Assembly: GCA_965218435.1 (NCBI GenBank)
Contig: CBDCKW010000009.1
Location: forward strand, 1,568,001 to 1,632,000
Direction: 5' to 3'
Length of the DNA stretch: 64,000 bases
Source of the DNA: Truepera sp.
GTDB lineage: Bacteria; Deinococcota; Deinococci; Deinococcales; Trueperaceae
The notes under the pieces were generated by a model that worked only from the letters and a program-made list of their open reading frames with translations, did not search any database and was not told the DNA's origin. The position numbers were made by a program, and so were the translations under genes. This document shows positions 60,003 through 64,000 of the stretch, piece after piece (position 1 is the first letter of the stretch; each line of letters begins with the position of its first letter).

Positions 60003-60798
60003 AGTTTTGACTCGTTAGCATCCTAAGCTCTGTGTAGTGTAAAAGCCCTACCCCTGATATGTTCGCCAGTTCCTTAGCTGAATTCGTGAAATTAGCGTTG
60101 GACACAACGAACGCTTTGTCAGCCGAAGCAAACGATTTACCTGCAATAGCCTCTTGAACTGCCTTGTTACCGACAGCAGAGGCAGATTTTTTGACCTGAA
60201 ACACAGCTTTGCAACCGTCTTTTTCGGCTATAATGTCAATTCCTTGGTCTCCCGAAGCTTGAGTAACCCGTGCAGACCAACCACCTTTAGAAAGTAAAGA
60301 AGCACAATGCGCTTCAAAATAAAGAACCCCGCCGCAAGCGAACGGGGTATTCCAGTCAAACAAGCTCCCCTGCTGCGTCTGGTGCAGTTGTTGATAGTGC
60401 TTTCCCTGCTTTCTTACATACGAGCCTATCAAGCCTTCATCACCATGTTTGCCTACGGTACTGGCAAAGTAGCCATCCGACCAGAACTCTCCCCCCCAAA
60501 GCTTCTTCTTGACTTGTGGACATTGCCGGAACACTTCACGTGCGGTAATACTTTTGATCGTTCGCACGATCTTTACAACCGTGTAAGTGGGCACCGATTG
60601 CACCAGAAAATGGACATGATCCTTGTCTGTGCCTATCTCTAAAAATATGATCTCGTAACGCTTCTCAATCTCCACGCAGACTTCTTTGAGCACGTTGTCA
60701 ACTTCATCGTCTATCACCGCGCGACGGTACTTCGCCGGAAAAACTATGTGGTACATCAGAATATCTACGTTGTGGCTCTTGTGGATATACTTGCTCAC
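60001..60798 (-). CDS. tnpA: IS200 TnpA (Y1 HUH transposase) fused in frame to an Mrr-type restriction endonuclease domain
   Basis: YHIVF..KYRR, DHVH, FWSDGY and YVRKQ (TnpA); then FEAH...GDQGIDII...QVK...AVQE (Mrr-cat). Confidence 0.88.
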   Translation of the reverse strand: MSKYIHKSHNVDILMYHIVFPAKYRRAVIDDEVDNVLKEVCVEIEKRYEIIFLEIGTDKDHVHFLVQSVPTYTVVKIVRTIKSITAREVFRQCPQVKKKLWGGEFWSDGYFASTVGKHGDEGLIGSYVRKQGKHYQQLHQTQQGSLFDWNTPFACGGVLYFEAHCASLLSKGGWSARVTQASGDQGIDIIAEKDGCKAVFQVKKSASAVGNKAVQEAIAGKSFASADKAFVVSNANFTNSAKELANISGVGLLHYTELRMLTSQN

Positions 60799-60836
60799 CT
60801 TGTGAGTCTACGCCGCAAGCGGCGGGGAATCAGACC
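60319..60836 (-). mobile_element. IS200-group insertion sequence (ends approximate)
   Basis: Subterminal hairpins CCCCGCCGCTTGCGGCG (~60811-60827) and ACCCCGTTCGCTTGCGGCGGGGT (~60326-60348) flank tnpA. Confidence 0.85.
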
Positions 60837-61143
60837 CCAAGAGATTAAATCCCGGCACGACGACCAACGCAGGTTGCAGTTCTGCGAATAAGGCGATGTC
60901 GCTGTCAACAAAGTATTCCAAACCGCCTGTCGCATGAAACTCGTAATATTGGGCACTCAAGCCGAGTGCCAGACCCCCGCCCAGATAGGGCGCAAGCTGC
61001 CTCGTCTCGGGAAAGTAGTTCAGCACGTCTACCGCTAACTCCGCACCGCCGGTAAAGCCGATGTTTAGAACACCGCGGAGGGCCAAAGGTCCCAAGAGAT
61101 TATCGGCCCCACCTTGCAGCGATAGATCATTTCCATCCTCCAA
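60808..61143 (-). pseudogene. fragment of a probable outer-membrane beta-barrel protein gene cut by the IS
   Basis: Amphipathic beta-strand motifs PYLGGGL and GGLEYF...FAELQP; no signal peptide; runs into the IS left end. Confidence 0.55.
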
Positions 61144-61289
61144 ACTGAGCTATGGGCAGATACCCACGCAACTTTTCAAGTGTTTGCCCAGAACAACTAT
61201 ACCCGCTTTGTAGTGAAACGGCACCTTTTACGCCGGAGGTCTAATTGCGCCGAAGGTCTAGGCAAAACAATCTGCGGTATCCTTAGACT

Positions 61290-62035
<746 letters not shown>

Positions 62036-62042
<7 letters not shown>

Positions 62043-63103
62043 AGGCTATTTTGGACACCAAGCTGACCCGTATCCGCGAGGCGCTAACTGGCTACGGCGC
62101 TGAGGCGCTCCTCGTTACCGAACCGGCCAACGTGCGCTACTTGTCGGGGTTTCGCGCCCCCGAAGACGGGCGGATTCTCGTAACCCTCGAGCACGCCACG
62201 CTCGTGACTGACGGGCGCTACGTCGCGCAGGCGGGCGAAGAGTCACGGCTGCCCGTCGAAATCTTTGAAGACAGTTGGACAGATCACGTCAAAACGAAGC
62301 TCGGCAGGCGCACGCTAGCGTTTGAAGCCGAAAACGTGACCTACGCGCTTTTTGAAACGCTGCAAAAAAAGCTGGGCAAACTGCGTCCGACCGAAGGGTT
62401 GGTCGCTGAACTCAGGCTGATTAAAACGCCGGACGAGATTGAGCTACTCAGGCAAGCCGCAACCCTGACCGACGCCGCCTTTACGCATATCTTAGACTTC
62501 ATTCGGGTGGGGCGGAGCGAGGTGGCTGTGGCATTAGAACTCGAGCACTTTATGCGCGAGCGCGGCGCGGAAGGGCCGAGTTTTGAAACCATCGTTGCGT
62601 CGGGTTATCGGAGCGCAATGCCCCACGGAACGGCCTCGAGCAAACTCATCGAAGTCGGTGACCTCGTAACGCTCGACTTCGGTGCGCTGGTAGACGGCTA
62701 TCACGCCGACATGACCCGAACCGTGGCAGTCGCTGAGCTGACGGACGCACACGCGCAGCTTTACGGCGCAGTGTTGCGGGCACAAAAGGCGGCGGTCGCG
62801 GCCCTCGCTCCCGGTCAGAGCGGCAAAGAGATGGACGCGGTGGCGCGTGACTCGCTGACCCAAGACGGGTTGGGCGAGTATTTTTCTCACAGCCTCGGGC
62901 ACGGCGTCGGCTTAGAGATTCACGAAGGCCCACGCCTGAATCGGCTTGCTGAAAACATCCTCAAACCCGGTATGAGCGTCACCATCGAACCGGGCGCGTA
63001 CATCCCCAGCGACGCGGGCGTCAGGATTGAAGACTTAGCGATGATCACCGAGACGGGTTTTGAGCTGCTATCTCACAGTCCCAAAGAACTCATCGCGCTC
63101 TGA
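62036..63103 (+). CDS. M24 Xaa-Pro aminopeptidase/dipeptidase
   Basis: DFGA, DMTRT, HSLGHGVGLEIHE, EPG and RIED motifs. Confidence 0.95.
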
Positions 63104-63143
63104 AGGCAGTAAGAAGCGGGAAGCAGCAAGTAGGAATCTTCTC

Positions 63144-64000
63144 TTACTCCTCACTTGCTGCTTCTATCTCAGAAACGAACGCCTGTCCCGCCCCTAAAAT
63201 CTCTTTGACCTCCGCCTCCGACTGTGCCTCGCAGTAAATCCGCAACACCGGTTCGGTGCCTGACGCCCGGAAGAGGAGCCACGCTTTACCGGAGAGATTG
63301 AACTTTACGCCGTCCAAGGTTTCAACCGATTCGACGGTGCGGCCTGCAAACGTTTCAGGTGGATTTTTAAGTGCGTTTAGCACGGCGTCCTTGAGCGCGT
63401 TGCCTGAAAGGTGTAGGTCTACGCGGTCGTAGGCGTGTTGCCAATCGGCCTCTTTTTCCAAATCTTCAAACAGCTCAGCGACGCTTTTACCGGAGCGGAC
63501 GACGGCCTCGAGCACTAACAAGGTATTCGCCAGCCCGTCGCGTTCGGGAATGTGTCCCTGTACGCCGATGCCGCCCGACTCTTCGCCGCCGATGAGCACG
63601 TCACCTTGGAGCATCGCGTCTACGATGTACTTGAAGCCGACGGGCGTCTCGAGTACCTCCAAACCCCGTTTTTCGGCGAGCCGTTCGATGATGCGTGAGG
63701 TGGTAAAGGTTTTGACTACGCGCCCACGTAATCCTTTCTCAAAGAGCGAACTCAGGAGCACCGCTAAAATCTGATGTGAGTCGAAAAACGCGCCACCCGG
63801 CAGGACCAACCCAAGCCGGTCGGCGTCGCCGTCGGTAGCCGTGGCAAAAACTGCGTCTGAGTTCCCCATAAAAGCCATCGTCGAGGCGAGGTTTTGCGGA
63901 ATCGGTTCGGGGTTGACGCCGTAAAACATCGGGGTCGGGTCACCGCGCAGCTCGTGCAAGGTTAGGGGTAACTCAGCGTATTCAACAAACCCTTTAAGCC
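63144..64000 (-). CDS. phosphoglucomutase/phosphomannomutase family (partial, 5' end outside window)
   Basis: DGDADR, GEESGG and RASGTEP motifs. Confidence 0.93.
   Translation of the reverse strand, partial: LKGFVEYAELPLTLHELRGDPTPMFYGVNPEPIPQNLASTMAFMGNSDAVFATATDGDADRLGLVLPGGAFFDSHQILAVLLSSLFEKGLRGRVVKTFTTSRIIERLAEKRGLEVLETPVGFKYIVDAMLQGDVLIGGEESGGIGVQGHIPERDGLANTLLVLEAVVRSGKSVAELFEDLEKEADWQHAYDRVDLHLSGNALKDAVLNALKNPPETFAGRTVESVETLDGVKFNLSGKAWLLFRASGTEPVLRIYCEAQSEAEVKEILGAGQAFVSEIEAASEE

Overview
GC-rich bacterial chromosomal window, most likely Deinococcota and Truepera-like. This is inferred from the cinA-recA-rny order, the YsnF/AvaK proteins and many leaderless TANNNT-N6/7-ATG starts. 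The housekeeping backbone includes malQ, leuB, nfo, cinA-recA-rny, prs-rplY-pth, tpiA, an M24 peptidase and a partial phosphohexomutase. It is interrupted by these accessory blocks: (1) a TVP38 / MerA-like reductase / CDP-alcohol transferase / YnjBCD-like ABC cluster (1.2-9.0 kb); (2) a frameshifted AT-rich gene (14.7-15.9 kb); (3) a PrnC-like flavin-dependent halogenase paired with an LLM monooxygenase but no other pyrrolnitrin genes (18.3-21.3 kb); (4) two toxin/defence-like modules flanking leuB, a zeta-like ATPase with a small partner and a RusA-like nuclease with a PD-(D/E)xK-HEPN protein; (5) an orphan sulfotransferase; (6) an AraR-type regulated GH38 mannosidase and sugar catabolism locus; and (7) a fragment-rich region at 59.7-61.2 kb where an IS200 TnpA is fused in frame to an Mrr-type nuclease domain. 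The palindrome CTCGAG is strongly over-represented throughout (hand count about 105-110). No rRNA, tRNA or CRISPR array was recognised. Several single-base frameshifts at short homopolymers may be assembly errors. All product calls come from motif recognition by eye, not database searches.
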